Virus record (IMG/VR): IMGVR_UViG_3300005937_000010
Span: 8,089-72,088 of that record
Direction: 5' to 3' (one strand)
DNA: 64,000 nucleotides
Origin: a virus
Taxonomy: Duplodnaviria > Caudoviricetes
Shown here: in pieces, positions 9,653 to 18,297 of the stretch
How the letters are laid out: every line of letters begins with the position of its first letter
Numbering within the stretch: position 1 is the stretch's first letter
Notes under the pieces: model-generated
What the model was told of the DNA's origin: nothing
Seen by the model: only the letters and a program-made list of their open reading frames with translations
The model's database searches: none
Program-made: the position numbers and the translations under genes

Positions 9653-9982
9653 CTAGATCCCGCTCTTGCGCCGACGGAGCGGGCCGGGGTTCGCCTTCTT
9701 GACCGTCTTCTTGTTATTGCGGGGCGGCTGCGGGTCGCGCTTGGTACTCCGCACCGTCGTCACGGACGTGGCGAAGCCGGAGCCGGTGTCCACGCCCTTC
9801 TGATCGGTGATCCGCGAGAACTCCGGCATGGTGCGGCCCTTGGACTCGTCACGCTTGATGAGCGTACGGATGCTGCGCTTCTTGAACACCGGCCAGCGGA
9901 AGGCACGCGCAGCGCCGTAGCTCTGCGAGCGCATCGTTGCGGGCGGCTGTCCTGACTTCGTTCTCGATACGATCCTTGCCAT
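9653..9982 (-). CDS. Small basic protein (6th of protamine-like cluster)
   Basis: 109 aa, K/R-rich, GGGGG RBS. Confidence 0.65.
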   Translation of the reverse strand: MARIVSRTKSGQPPATMRSQSYGAARAFRWPVFKKRSIRTLIKRDESKGRTMPEFSRITDQKGVDTGSGFATSVTTVRSTKRDPQPPRNNKKTVKKANPGPLRRRKSGI

Positions 9983-9986
9983 CTTG

Positions 9987-10124
9987 TCACCCCCTCTGCC
10001 TTACGCGGCGGTTGTTTGAGTTGGGCGCGGCATACCTCGGGCCATAGATGCCGGGGAACTTGCGCGTCTTGGCAAGGTTCGTACCGCCCTTGAGAAACTT
10101 GGTCTTCTTGACGATGCGAGGCAT
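9987..10124 (-). CDS. Small basic protein (5th)
   Basis: MPRIVKKTKFLKGGTNLAKTRKFPGIYGPRYAAPNSNNRRVRQRG; TAATG overlap with upstream gene. Confidence 0.7.
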   Translation of the reverse strand: MPRIVKKTKFLKGGTNLAKTRKFPGIYGPRYAAPNSNNRRVRQRG

Positions 10125-10246
10125 TAGCGCCGCCTCCGTCGTCCACGCACCCCGCGTGTTCTGAGGACGCGGATCGCGTTGGCACGCAGTGTCCTCGGAG
10201 ATGCGGCCGTGATGCTGCCCTGTGGTGCTCCTAGTACCTGTGGCAT
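10124..10246 (-). CDS. Small basic protein (4th)
   Basis: MPQVLGAPQGSITAASPRTLRANAIRVLRTRGVRGRRRRR; ATG directly after upstream TAG. Confidence 0.7.
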   Translation of the reverse strand: MPQVLGAPQGSITAASPRTLRANAIRVLRTRGVRGRRRRR

Positions 10247-10459
10247 CTACTTCCTCCTTCTCCGACGCTTGGCAGCCGCTCGCTTGCGTCCACGCGCGGC
10301 CATGCGTGCCATCTTCTTCTTCCCGTACTTCTTACGGCCCGCAGCGGCAGCGACGGCATTTGGGTTCCTCGCTCCGCTACGGCGCGCACTGGCAGCGACA
10401 GCCTTGAATCGCTTTCCGCTGCCAAGCTTGGCCTTCCTGCGGCCTTTGCGGCGTGCCAT
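10247..10459 (-). CDS. Protamine-like protein (3rd)
   Basis: MARRKGRRKAK...AAAKRRRRRK; no Asp or Glu; GGAGGAAGG RBS. Confidence 0.8.
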   Translation of the reverse strand: MARRKGRRKAKLGSGKRFKAVAASARRSGARNPNAVAAAAGRKKYGKKKMARMAARGRKRAAAKRRRRRK

Positions 10460-10460
10460 C

Positions 10461-10586
10461 TCAACGTCCCTTCCTCCTGCGTGTCACAGCCCGCATCCGC
10501 ATCGCGGCACGCTGCTTCGGATTGCGGATCTGACGCTTGCGCACAGGGCGCTTGCGGCGAATGCTCCTGGGCCTGCCACGCTTCAC
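10461..10586 (-). CDS. Protamine-like protein (2nd)
   Basis: GTG start in GTGA overlap; MKRGRPRSIRRKRPVRKRQIRNPKQRAAMRMRAVTRRRKGR. Confidence 0.7.
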   Translation of the reverse strand: MKRGRPRSIRRKRPVRKRQIRNPKQRAAMRMRAVTRRRKGR

Positions 10587-10699
10587 TTCTTCCTCTTTCT
10601 CCGCTTCTTGGCAATGCGATTGAAGTGGTGCTTGCGCGCCCATGCTGGCCCTTTGACCGCATAGGCCCAACGCTGCTGTCTTCTGCTTCGGGCTGGCAT
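10583..10699 (-). CDS. Protamine-like protein (1st)
   Basis: TAATG overlap with portal stop; MPARSRRQQRWAYAVKGPAWARKHHFNRIAKKRRKRKK. Confidence 0.7.
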   Translation of the reverse strand: MPARSRRQQRWAYAVKGPAWARKHHFNRIAKKRRKRKK

Positions 10700-12225
10700 T
10701 ATCTACTCCCCACGGCAGCCTTGGCAGCCGACTTGCTGCCCTTGCCGTTGCTCGACGCTTGTGTCGGACTCGCCGGAGCGGGTGCCGGTACCGGAGGCTC
10801 GTAGTTCGTCTTGGCAAGACTCGCCTCCGTCTCCGGGTCGTTCATCTCCGGGAATAGGCTGCCAAGAATCTCGATGGCCGTCTCGTCCGCCATCCAGCGG
10901 TGCAGGGTGGCAACATCCATCGCCAGCACGACTTGCTGGAGAGCTTGGGCCTTGGCAGCCAGATCGGTAAGCCGGAGCACCGGCCACACGATGCGTACCG
11001 TGACCGGAGTCTTACCGGAGCTTGCCAAGGCCATCTTGCAGAGCATGACGACGAACTCCCCGAAGCCCACGCGCTTGCGAGTGATCTTCTTCTCAAACGG
11101 CTGCACGGAAGCGTCCTTGTCCTGCGCTCCCATCTCCTTGAGGATCGCCCACTTCGGAATCTCCCCGGCGATGCAGATGCAGTCGATCAGGAACTCCAGG
11201 AGCGTCTTGGAGTCGCCAAGCACCGACTTGGCTTCGATGAAGCCAGCCTCCTCCTCCACGTTGAGCAGGTACATCTCGCGGCCGGTCAACTCCACCTTGG
11301 CATGCGGCACAATCTGCCCGTTCTCGTCCAACGCAGCCGGGAAGTTGTGCTTGAGGAAGGCGTACACGTCCTTGAGCTTGAAGTACGCCTTGGGAGTCGA
11401 GTGGTACTTGTGCGCCGTGAGCGTCTGGAGCAGTACCTCGTGGAACGCCTGGATGAACGGGAGCACCGGCTCGATGTCAGACTGACCGCCTGCCAAGCTC
11501 ACGTCGTACTCGTTGTAAGAGGGCCAGAGCGGAACGAACTTCCAGGTGTTCCGCGTCTGCCAGCTTGTCAGTTCGCGGTTCTCGGTCTTGTCATAGAAGC
11601 GGTACTCCTGCGGGGTGATCGTCTCGATGATGTGGTGCTCGCGCATGCGCGGAGCCACGCCCTGGAGTATCTCCTCCTCCGTGCGCTCGTCCATCTCGTA
11701 CCAGTGGTTGACCATCGCCATGATGACAAGCTCTGGATCGGTGGGATCGAACTGCAAGTCCACCGTCTCGGGCGGGATGCACTCGATCTTCCCGTGCATC
11801 CGATCCTCCTCCGTGAACAGCGGGTTCTGGAGGTTCGGCTGCCGGAAGCGCACGATGGCCTTGGAGTCCCTGAGCGTGTCACGCCACACTTGCTGGATCT
11901 GCGGTGCCCAGTGTTGGTGTAGGCACTTGTTCAGCCACGAGTCGTTCGTGCCGTTGTCGCTTGTCACGCTAGGGATCCCCACGTACTCGACCGTTAGGTC
12001 GATCAGGGGGCGCACGAAACCGGCACCGAGGTTGTACGCCGGGTTGTCGTTGCGGTAGAGGCCGCGAGCCACGTCGTACGTGATTTCGGTTCCCGACATC
12101 GCCGGACGATGCATGAAGTTCCCGCCGTCCCAGGAGTTGCGCAGCGCCGTCCATGAACTGCCAAGCCCGATGCTGCGAGAGATGTCCACAACTTGCTCGC
12201 CTATCCAACGGAGTGGATTACGCAC
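10699..12225 (-). CDS. Portal protein
   Basis: 508 aa between terminase and scaffold; SPP1/A118-like portal segments. Confidence 0.75.
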   Translation of the reverse strand: MRNPLRWIGEQVVDISRSIGLGSSWTALRNSWDGGNFMHRPAMSGTEITYDVARGLYRNDNPAYNLGAGFVRPLIDLTVEYVGIPSVTSDNGTNDSWLNKCLHQHWAPQIQQVWRDTLRDSKAIVRFRQPNLQNPLFTEEDRMHGKIECIPPETVDLQFDPTDPELVIMAMVNHWYEMDERTEEEILQGVAPRMREHHIIETITPQEYRFYDKTENRELTSWQTRNTWKFVPLWPSYNEYDVSLAGGQSDIEPVLPFIQAFHEVLLQTLTAHKYHSTPKAYFKLKDVYAFLKHNFPAALDENGQIVPHAKVELTGREMYLLNVEEEAGFIEAKSVLGDSKTLLEFLIDCICIAGEIPKWAILKEMGAQDKDASVQPFEKKITRKRVGFGEFVVMLCKMALASSGKTPVTVRIVWPVLRLTDLAAKAQALQQVVLAMDVATLHRWMADETAIEILGSLFPEMNDPETEASLAKTNYEPPVPAPAPASPTQASSNGKGSKSAAKAAVGSR

Positions 12226-12829
12226 CGTGAGTCACATCCTTGTCAGTGTGCTCTGCCGTCATCGCAAACAACTCGTCCACGATTTCGGCGGCGCGCGAGA
12301 CGACTTCGGGCGGCGCATTCTCTGCCAAGGCTTCGATCAGCCCTGACTTGTCCACAAGCTCTACCTCGTGCTCCTCGCGGATCGTCTGCGCCGACTTGGA
12401 CTCGCTCTTGTTCACCTTGGTAAGCCCGATCCGATCCAGGTACTCGCAGATCGCCTGGATTGCAACCTTGTCATCGTCCGTGGTGCGGGCGATTTCCGCG
12501 AGCATCTCCATCATCTCAAAGCTGTGCGTCTGCCCGAACTTGACGGCCGCATCCACCATGTTCTTGACAAGCTCAGCGGCGCGGGCCTGCATCTCCGGCT
12601 CCTGAAACCACTTCTTGATGATGTCGCGTGACAAGCCGAGAGCGTCCGCGATGTAGATGTACGAGAAGTTGCTCGCCTTGTAGTGACATGCCAACTCGCG
12701 CTTCACCTGGCGGTCGAACGCCGTCAGGGAGCCTTCGGTCGTCAGCTTGCGCTCGCGCTTGGTACCCCTCTTGTAGCGGGCCTTCAACTCGTTGCGGGCC
12801 TCCGCTACGGTTGCAGGCGATTTACGCAT
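12218..12829 (-). CDS. HTH protein, possible terminase small subunit
   Basis: SYIYIADALGLSRDIIKKWF helix-turn-helix; adjacent to large terminase. Confidence 0.5.
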   Translation of the reverse strand: MRKSPATVAEARNELKARYKRGTKRERKLTTEGSLTAFDRQVKRELACHYKASNFSYIYIADALGLSRDIIKKWFQEPEMQARAAELVKNMVDAAVKFGQTHSFEMMEMLAEIARTTDDDKVAIQAICEYLDRIGLTKVNKSESKSAQTIREEHEVELVDKSGLIEALAENAPPEVVSRAAEIVDELFAMTAEHTDKDVTHGA

Positions 12830-14606
12830 CCCAGTCTCCTCTCACGGGCACTGCCGTCGCCATAAGCCCACCGGCCGCTGCCAAGACAGCGCCGACATCC
12901 TCGGGAACGTACAGCGGCGCTTCCTTCATGCTGGCCACGAGCGCGAACATGCCACTGTGGTGCCAGTGGTCGGGCTTCTTCCCCGAATCGCCCTTGGTAT
13001 TCACCCAGCGAGCGACCTCGCGCTCAGAGGCGTCTGCCTGCTCCACGCGCACCATCGAGAAGTGGTGTGCGTACCAGGCGTTGTACGGGAGTCTTGGCAT
13101 CATCTCGCCAAGCTCAGCGGCGTCGGCGGGAAGCGCCATGTTCCCGTCGAGAAACTGCTTGATGTAGGAGTCGAAGGCCATCGTACGGTCGATGTTCACC
13201 TTGGTAGGCTCACCGTACTTCGCAGGGATCCAGTTAGCCGTCTCGTGCTGCTCCGGCCTGTCCTTCTCAAAGCCCATCCAGAAGCGCTCCGGGTACTGCT
13301 TGCTCAGGAACTCCACTTGCTCCTTGTCAGGGTGCGCGTCACAGACCGCGACCCAGTTCCCCAGCTTGGTAAGGATTCGGTCGTTCAGGACTTGCCACTT
13401 CGTCTGCCCGCCGCGCCCCGTGATCGTCTCGATCTTCCACAGTCGCAGCTTGGTAGGTGTGCGAGGATCGCGGTTGTAGACGGAGACGAACAGCACGTCG
13501 TGGCCCACGTCGATCCCGATGAACAGCATCCCGTTGAACGGCCCGCCGAGCAGGTAATCCTGACGACAGCGGTTGAGAAGCTGCACCGTGAACTTGTCAC
13601 CGGCTGCGGCGTACGGGAGGCCGAGAGCCAGGTTGTAGAACGCCTTGAGCTTCTTGGAGTCCAACTGCCCCTTGTACCAGTTCGTGAGAATGCCAAGACT
13701 GGGATCCGTGAGCGTGGCCGTGGGAGAGTTGAACTGGTTGAGATGATAACCCCGCTTGGCAGCCCCAGGGGCATCCGGCACCCACACACCTTTGGCGTTC
13801 ATGTTCGCGCGATCCGCGTCTGTCCAGGAGCGCTTGCAGTGTGAGCACCGGCATGCTTCGTGGCTGTCCTCCAGCTTGTCACCCAGGAAGGAAGCCACGT
13901 TCTCCTCAAAGGTGATGATCTGCTTGGCAGAGCAGAACGGGCACGGCACCCACCAACGCATCTGATCGCACAATCCCCATGCATCGTCGGCGTAGACACC
14001 GTGGCCATCGACGGTGGGTGTGCTGATTTCGTAGATGCGCTGGATGTGCGAGCCTGACAAGCGCGCCCTGGCGTCATCGAGATTGTCCTCGTTCGCCTTG
14101 TCGCGCTCGTCCAGTACGAGGATGTCGGCCGGAACCTCGCGTAGCTCCGTCTCGATGTTCGTCCCTCGTATGTACCAGTTGACGCCGCGCTTCGTCTGCT
14201 TCTGGCTCCTGTTGTCCGTACGGGAGAACTCTGCCTTTAGCTTGGCATTGGAGTCGATGATCGGGTCGATACGGCCCTGAACGAACTGGATCGAGCCAGC
14301 TTTGAGAGGCAGGAGGTAGAGCACATGCCAGGCGCGCTTGACAACCATGTGCGCGCATTTGGTGATGAAGACGGTTGTGTATCCAAGCTGCGCGCCCTTC
14401 GGGCCGATGATGTGCTTGGACTCGTCACGGAGGATCGCCTGCTCGTACTCACGGCCCCTCAGATCGAAGGCATGACCATCTACGGCCAGCCGTAGGCTGG
14501 CTGCCCAAAAGTCAGGCCACGCCTTGGCGCGCACGGCATCGGCCTGCGCTCGTGTCAAGCGGCGCGGATCCGATGCGGACAGGGTTTGCGAGTCTGCGGC
14601 TGCCAA
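12822..14606 (-). CDS. terL: Terminase large subunit (lambda gpA-like)
   Basis: KGAQLGYT, VLYLLP, FVQGRIDPII, LVLDERD, ISTPT motifs; Zn ribbon; GIDVG and KPDHWHH nuclease motifs. Confidence 0.9.
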   Translation of the reverse strand: MAAADSQTLSASDPRRLTRAQADAVRAKAWPDFWAASLRLAVDGHAFDLRGREYEQAILRDESKHIIGPKGAQLGYTTVFITKCAHMVVKRAWHVLYLLPLKAGSIQFVQGRIDPIIDSNAKLKAEFSRTDNRSQKQTKRGVNWYIRGTNIETELREVPADILVLDERDKANEDNLDDARARLSGSHIQRIYEISTPTVDGHGVYADDAWGLCDQMRWWVPCPFCSAKQIITFEENVASFLGDKLEDSHEACRCSHCKRSWTDADRANMNAKGVWVPDAPGAAKRGYHLNQFNSPTATLTDPSLGILTNWYKGQLDSKKLKAFYNLALGLPYAAAGDKFTVQLLNRCRQDYLLGGPFNGMLFIGIDVGHDVLFVSVYNRDPRTPTKLRLWKIETITGRGGQTKWQVLNDRILTKLGNWVAVCDAHPDKEQVEFLSKQYPERFWMGFEKDRPEQHETANWIPAKYGEPTKVNIDRTMAFDSYIKQFLDGNMALPADAAELGEMMPRLPYNAWYAHHFSMVRVEQADASEREVARWVNTKGDSGKKPDHWHHSGMFALVASMKEAPLYVPEDVGAVLAAAGGLMATAVPVRGDWDA

Positions 14607-14770
14607 GATGCTGAGGTATCTGCGGTAAAGCAGCCACGCAGTCTACGCCAGCGCGACGGTGCCAAGCAAAAGAAGGAAGTGAGGGCCGGATCGCTCCGGC
14701 CCTCTGCCCGAAACACGAACGTGACGAGGCCAGTCCGCGCGAGGCCAATGTAGCAGCCAAAAAACGACTG

Positions 14771-15094
14771 TCAATAACCAGCCAGGCGCTCCAGTTGATC
14801 CTCTCTCTGCTTGGCTGCCAAGACGGCACCGAGCTTCGCTCCGTAAACCGTTTGCTGATTAGTCTCGATCTTGTGTGCGCGACGCTCCGACTGCTTGGCA
14901 GCCTCACTGATCCGCTGCTTGAGCGCCTCCCGGTATCCGGGCACGGACTTGAGCCAGTGAAGCTGCAAAGAGTGAAAAGCTGCCGCCAACTCGGGGTCGT
15001 CCTCGATCTTCGGGTAGTACCATTGCGCCATGCGCTGCTCGTGGCGCTTGCGTTGGTGCGTCAGCGGCATGTGAGTGTGCGCGACCGGCATCAT
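14771..15094 (-). CDS. Hypothetical protein
   Basis: ATGA overlap at 15091-15094. Confidence 0.5.
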   Translation of the reverse strand: MMPVAHTHMPLTHQRKRHEQRMAQWYYPKIEDDPELAAAFHSLQLHWLKSVPGYREALKQRISEAAKQSERRAHKIETNQQTVYGAKLGAVLAAKQREDQLERLAGY

Positions 15095-15399
15095 CCACCC
15101 GGAACGATGATTCCGCCGACGCGGTAGCTTGGCATGTCCTGCACGAGCCGCATCGGCATCTGCGCCCACTCGTCCTCGACGGCCGCGAACGCAGTGAGCG
15201 TTTGGTGGTGATCGCCGCCGAGAGTGCGGCGAATGCTGCGGTATGCGTCATACGCGCGGAGGAAGTCCATCACCCACGGAGACTCCACGCCCTTGAGGCC
15301 GAGGCTCTGCCCCGACACGTCCTCGACCTCGTAAAGCTCTCCGGCGACAATCACCATCTCCATCCCCGGCGCTACCGATAGCTTGTCAGGCTGTTCCAT
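15091..15399 (-). CDS. Hypothetical protein
   Basis: AAGGAGG RBS before MEQPDK. Confidence 0.6.
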   Translation of the reverse strand: MEQPDKLSVAPGMEMVIVAGELYEVEDVSGQSLGLKGVESPWVMDFLRAYDAYRSIRRTLGGDHHQTLTAFAAVEDEWAQMPMRLVQDMPSYRVGGIIVPGG

Positions 15400-15628
15400 C
15401 TTCGATTGCCTCCTTTCGCACCGGATAGCCACGATTCTCGGAATCCTCGCGCCGGATCAAGCTGACGTGGCCCCAGTACCCTGAGACGGTTTCGGTGACG
15501 GTCATCTTGACGCTCCACCACTTGCGTCCTCGGTGGCGCGAGCAGAAGGCGCGAACCTCCTCCTCCAACTGCTCGATCACGTCCTCGCGCGTCTCTCCGT
15601 TCGCCCCTACGTGCAAGCGCTGGATCAC
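15386..15628 (-). CDS. Hypothetical protein
   Basis: GTG start overlapping upstream stop. Confidence 0.45.
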   Translation of the reverse strand: MIQRLHVGANGETREDVIEQLEEEVRAFCSRHRGRKWWSVKMTVTETVSGYWGHVSLIRREDSENRGYPVRKEAIEDGTA

Positions 15629-15699
15629 TTGCGCCTCGCCCACACCACGTACGCGAGCACGAGAGTGACAAGCAAGACGATGAACAGGGTGGTTGACAC
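15625..15699 (-). CDS. 24-aa single-TM peptide
   Basis: MSTTLFIVLLVTLVLAYVVWARRK, coupled on both sides. Confidence 0.45.
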   Translation of the reverse strand: MSTTLFIVLLVTLVLAYVVWARRK

Positions 15700-16095
15700 C
15701 TAGTTGCGCCTCGTCATGCTGTTGATACGCCAGATCGACATGCCAAGACGTTCCGCATCGTCCATGCACCCCTTCGTCCCTGTGGACGTGCCATCCCACC
15801 CGGCCATCACGAAGCACTCCGAATCACGAGCCTTCGCCCACTTGAGCATGCGGCGGTTGCGCTTGTGCCCTGCGAATCTGTCGTAGCCGACCCTGATTTC
15901 GGGATTGTCGTGCCACTTGGCCTTGAACCTGAGCCTTGGCAGTCTGAGAAGCCCTGCCTGCTCCCAAACGATTTGGTCGTAGCCCTTGGCATCCCCGACG
16001 ACGACGATGAACGGTCGCTTGAGTCCTTCCATCGCGTCGAAGACGCTGGAGCCGTCCTGCCACCCGCGCGATCCGGTGAAGACGACGATCCTCAT
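15700..16095 (-). CDS. SLOG-superfamily protein (DUF2493/YspA-like)
   Basis: VVFTGSRGW, VVGDAKGYD, RNRRML, WDGTSTGT motifs. Confidence 0.75.
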   Translation of the reverse strand: MRIVVFTGSRGWQDGSSVFDAMEGLKRPFIVVVGDAKGYDQIVWEQAGLLRLPRLRFKAKWHDNPEIRVGYDRFAGHKRNRRMLKWAKARDSECFVMAGWDGTSTGTKGCMDDAERLGMSIWRINSMTRRN

Positions 16096-16292
16096 TGCAG
16101 GATCATCGAGTCGGTCTTGACGAACTCGCTGCGGTTGACGACGTATACCAAGTCGTCGGGCGCGTCCGGCTCGATCCAGACCTCAAAGTCGTTCGTCATC
16201 TCCCTGAACGTCGCAAAGACTGCCAAGCCTGCCGCTGCACGCGAAATCGGAGTGCTGGAGACGACGATGTACTTCGACGGCTGGTAGCTCAC
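16092..16292 (-). CDS. Hypothetical protein
   Basis: GTG start (MSYQPSKY) after GAGGAG. Confidence 0.5.
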   Translation of the reverse strand: MSYQPSKYIVVSSTPISRAAAGLAVFATFREMTNDFEVWIEPDAPDDLVYVVNRSEFVKTDSMILQ

Positions 16293-16428
16293 CGCAAGAC
16301 TCCTCGGAGGGTCGGGGCGGTGGTGCCCAGGGGGTGGTCGGAGGACAACCACCGCCCCATTGCGTCGTACCGTTCACCTGGCCACTGCGGCGATGGCCAG
16401 GCGCTTCGGATTCTACACCCAGGACGTG

Positions 16429-16716
16429 TCAAAGCAAGCTCTCCAGGATCTTGCCGATCACGTATCCGGTGCAGAGAACGGCCGTTGCCAACGCGAGGAT
16501 CAGAAGCACGGAGACGACCTTTCCCGGCCCCTTCTTGGCAGCCCTGCGGGAGCGCAGTTGCTCTCCGGTCAAAAGCGGGATGCTGTAACTCGGAAGTGCC
16601 AAGGTTGGTTGCTCGTCGTAGACGCGCAGAAGAAGCTCCCGGTAATCGCGCTCAGCTTGGCAGAGACGCTCAAACTCATCGACCGGGATGGAGACGTATT
16701 CGTCCACCGCAGTCAT
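16429..16716 (-). CDS. Hypothetical protein with C-terminal TM helix
   Basis: VVSVLLILALATAVLCTGYVIG. Confidence 0.55.
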   Translation of the reverse strand: MTAVDEYVSIPVDEFERLCQAERDYRELLLRVYDEQPTLALPSYSIPLLTGEQLRSRRAAKKGPGKVVSVLLILALATAVLCTGYVIGKILESLL

Positions 16717-16910
16717 GTTTCCAACTGCGCATGGACGTTCGTGACGACGGCGATCCTCGGCTCAGCGAGGACGAACTCCACGAAGCTGTCCGCGAGCACG
16801 CGCCTGACGGCATCCTCAAGCTTGTAGGCGACGGTCATCACCGCATCCTCGGCGCAGACGAACTCAATGTCCATCGCCACCTTGGCAGGTACTTTCGCAA
16901 TCTCTTGCAT
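16713..16910 (-). CDS. Hypothetical protein
   Basis: GGAGG RBS preceded by CCCGAAAC and CCCGAAC. Confidence 0.6.
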   Translation of the reverse strand: MQEIAKVPAKVAMDIEFVCAEDAVMTVAYKLEDAVRRVLADSFVEFVLAEPRIAVVTNVHAQLET

Positions 16911-17005
16911 CTTTCCTCCGTTCGGGTGTTTCGGGCTGAGGCGGCGACTGTCAGGGGGTTGCCTGGAACAGCCGCCGCTCGCGGAATCCTACAACGTCGC
17001 GGCGA

Positions 17006-17188
17006 TCAGGGCAAGATCCCGATTGCAGGACGTTTGCGAACTTCCACGTCCATCAGGATCGGAAGCTCGTAGCGGCAGCCCTTTACTTGGCAGTTGTTCC
17101 AGACGTAGACGACATACTCGTCGTCCTTCGTCCAGACCTCGTGGTACGTCTCCCACTTGTGGATGCCAAGCCTACACCGAATCCTCAT
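17006..17188 (-). CDS. Small Cys/His protein (CRLGIHKW type)
   Basis: CRLGIHKW...CQVKGC pattern. Confidence 0.5.
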   Translation of the reverse strand: MRIRCRLGIHKWETYHEVWTKDDEYVVYVWNNCQVKGCRYELPILMDVEVRKRPAIGILP

Positions 17189-17411
17189 CGTCGTCCTCGT
17201 CCTCAAAGTTAGCGATGCAGTCCGCCTTCTGCGTCGTCGCCGCAAGCTCCAGAAGCGCGTATGCCTCCCAGGTGAGAAGCGTCTCCGTCGTGCGAATGCA
17301 GAAACAGGGCACGCCATCCTCGTCCAAGCACTTGATGACGGCGACCGCATCCAACGGCGTCCACCCCGGTGGCAAGTCCTTCGTGCTCGTCTTCAATCCA
17401 AAGATGCTCAT
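17172..17411 (-). CDS. Hypothetical protein, probably leaderless
   Basis: TAGAAT at 17418-17423 lies 6 nt before the ATG; no SD. Confidence 0.55.
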   Translation of the reverse strand: MSIFGLKTSTKDLPPGWTPLDAVAVIKCLDEDGVPCFCIRTTETLLTWEAYALLELAATTQKADCIANFEDEDDDEDSV

Positions 17412-17419
17412 GGCGCGAT

Positions 17420-17760
17420 TCTAAGCGCTTCCGAGCCGTCGGGCGCAACTTCCCTGCATCTGAGGCCAGGTGGCCCAAAAGAGAGCACAGAAGGGCATAG
17501 GAGAGCCTCAGTGCCGCTTTGGGCTACCAAGCTGCTGATTTCCCTGCAAATCACCATTTTCAGGCAGCTTGGTACCCCTGAACCGCTTTTCTACCCAAAA
17601 ACTTGTCACTTTGAGGCGTTTCCGGGTGGCCAATCCGCCCCCGCGGCCTCCCCCCTTCGGCGTCGTCAAACTTGGCACTTTCCGATAACGGAGGCTAATG
17701 CGCTGCCTGCCAAGCTGCTTATAGGTTGCGCGCGCAAGTATCGTCTTGGCAGGCAACGTC
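17420..17760. other. Divergent non-coding region, candidate genome end/packaging site
   Basis: AT-richer gap between divergent genes, abrupt compositional break, palindrome TTGCGCGCGCAA at 17726-17737. Confidence 0.35.
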
Positions 17761-18297
17761 CGAGGCTGGCTGCCCTGCCGTCCTGCCAAGCCGCTCCGGC
17801 TGCCCTGCCTGCCTGCCACACGAGGCCGCTGCGCCCGGTGCGGTGGAGGCAGGACGGCAGGACGGAGGCTGCGCACACGGCTGCGGTGGCACCGTCCTCG
17901 TGGTGTCCTGGAGGCCACCCGTGCGGAGCGGCACTGGCTGCCTCCGTACGCTCCGGCTCGTGCCACGGATGCCACCGCTCCGGAGCGGATGCGGCGTGGC
18001 GTCCTGGAGGCAGCCGCTATCTCCAGGCAGTGCCTCCGTGGTGGAGCCTGCCAGTGCCAAGCGGAGGCCATGGACGGAGCCGCTCCGTGCCTGGCGCTCC
18101 ACCGTGTGCGGATGCCAAGCCGGAGGCCGTCCGCTCGCGCGTACGCGGAGGACGCTGCCTGCCAAGACACGAAAAGTCCGCAAATAGCGGCTTTTTTCTA
18201 AGCTCGCGGAGTGCCTGCCAAGCCGCATCCTGCCTGGAGCCGTCTACTCTGTCCGTGCGGCCACGAGGCCGCACCACCCGAACCGATTGGAGACACC

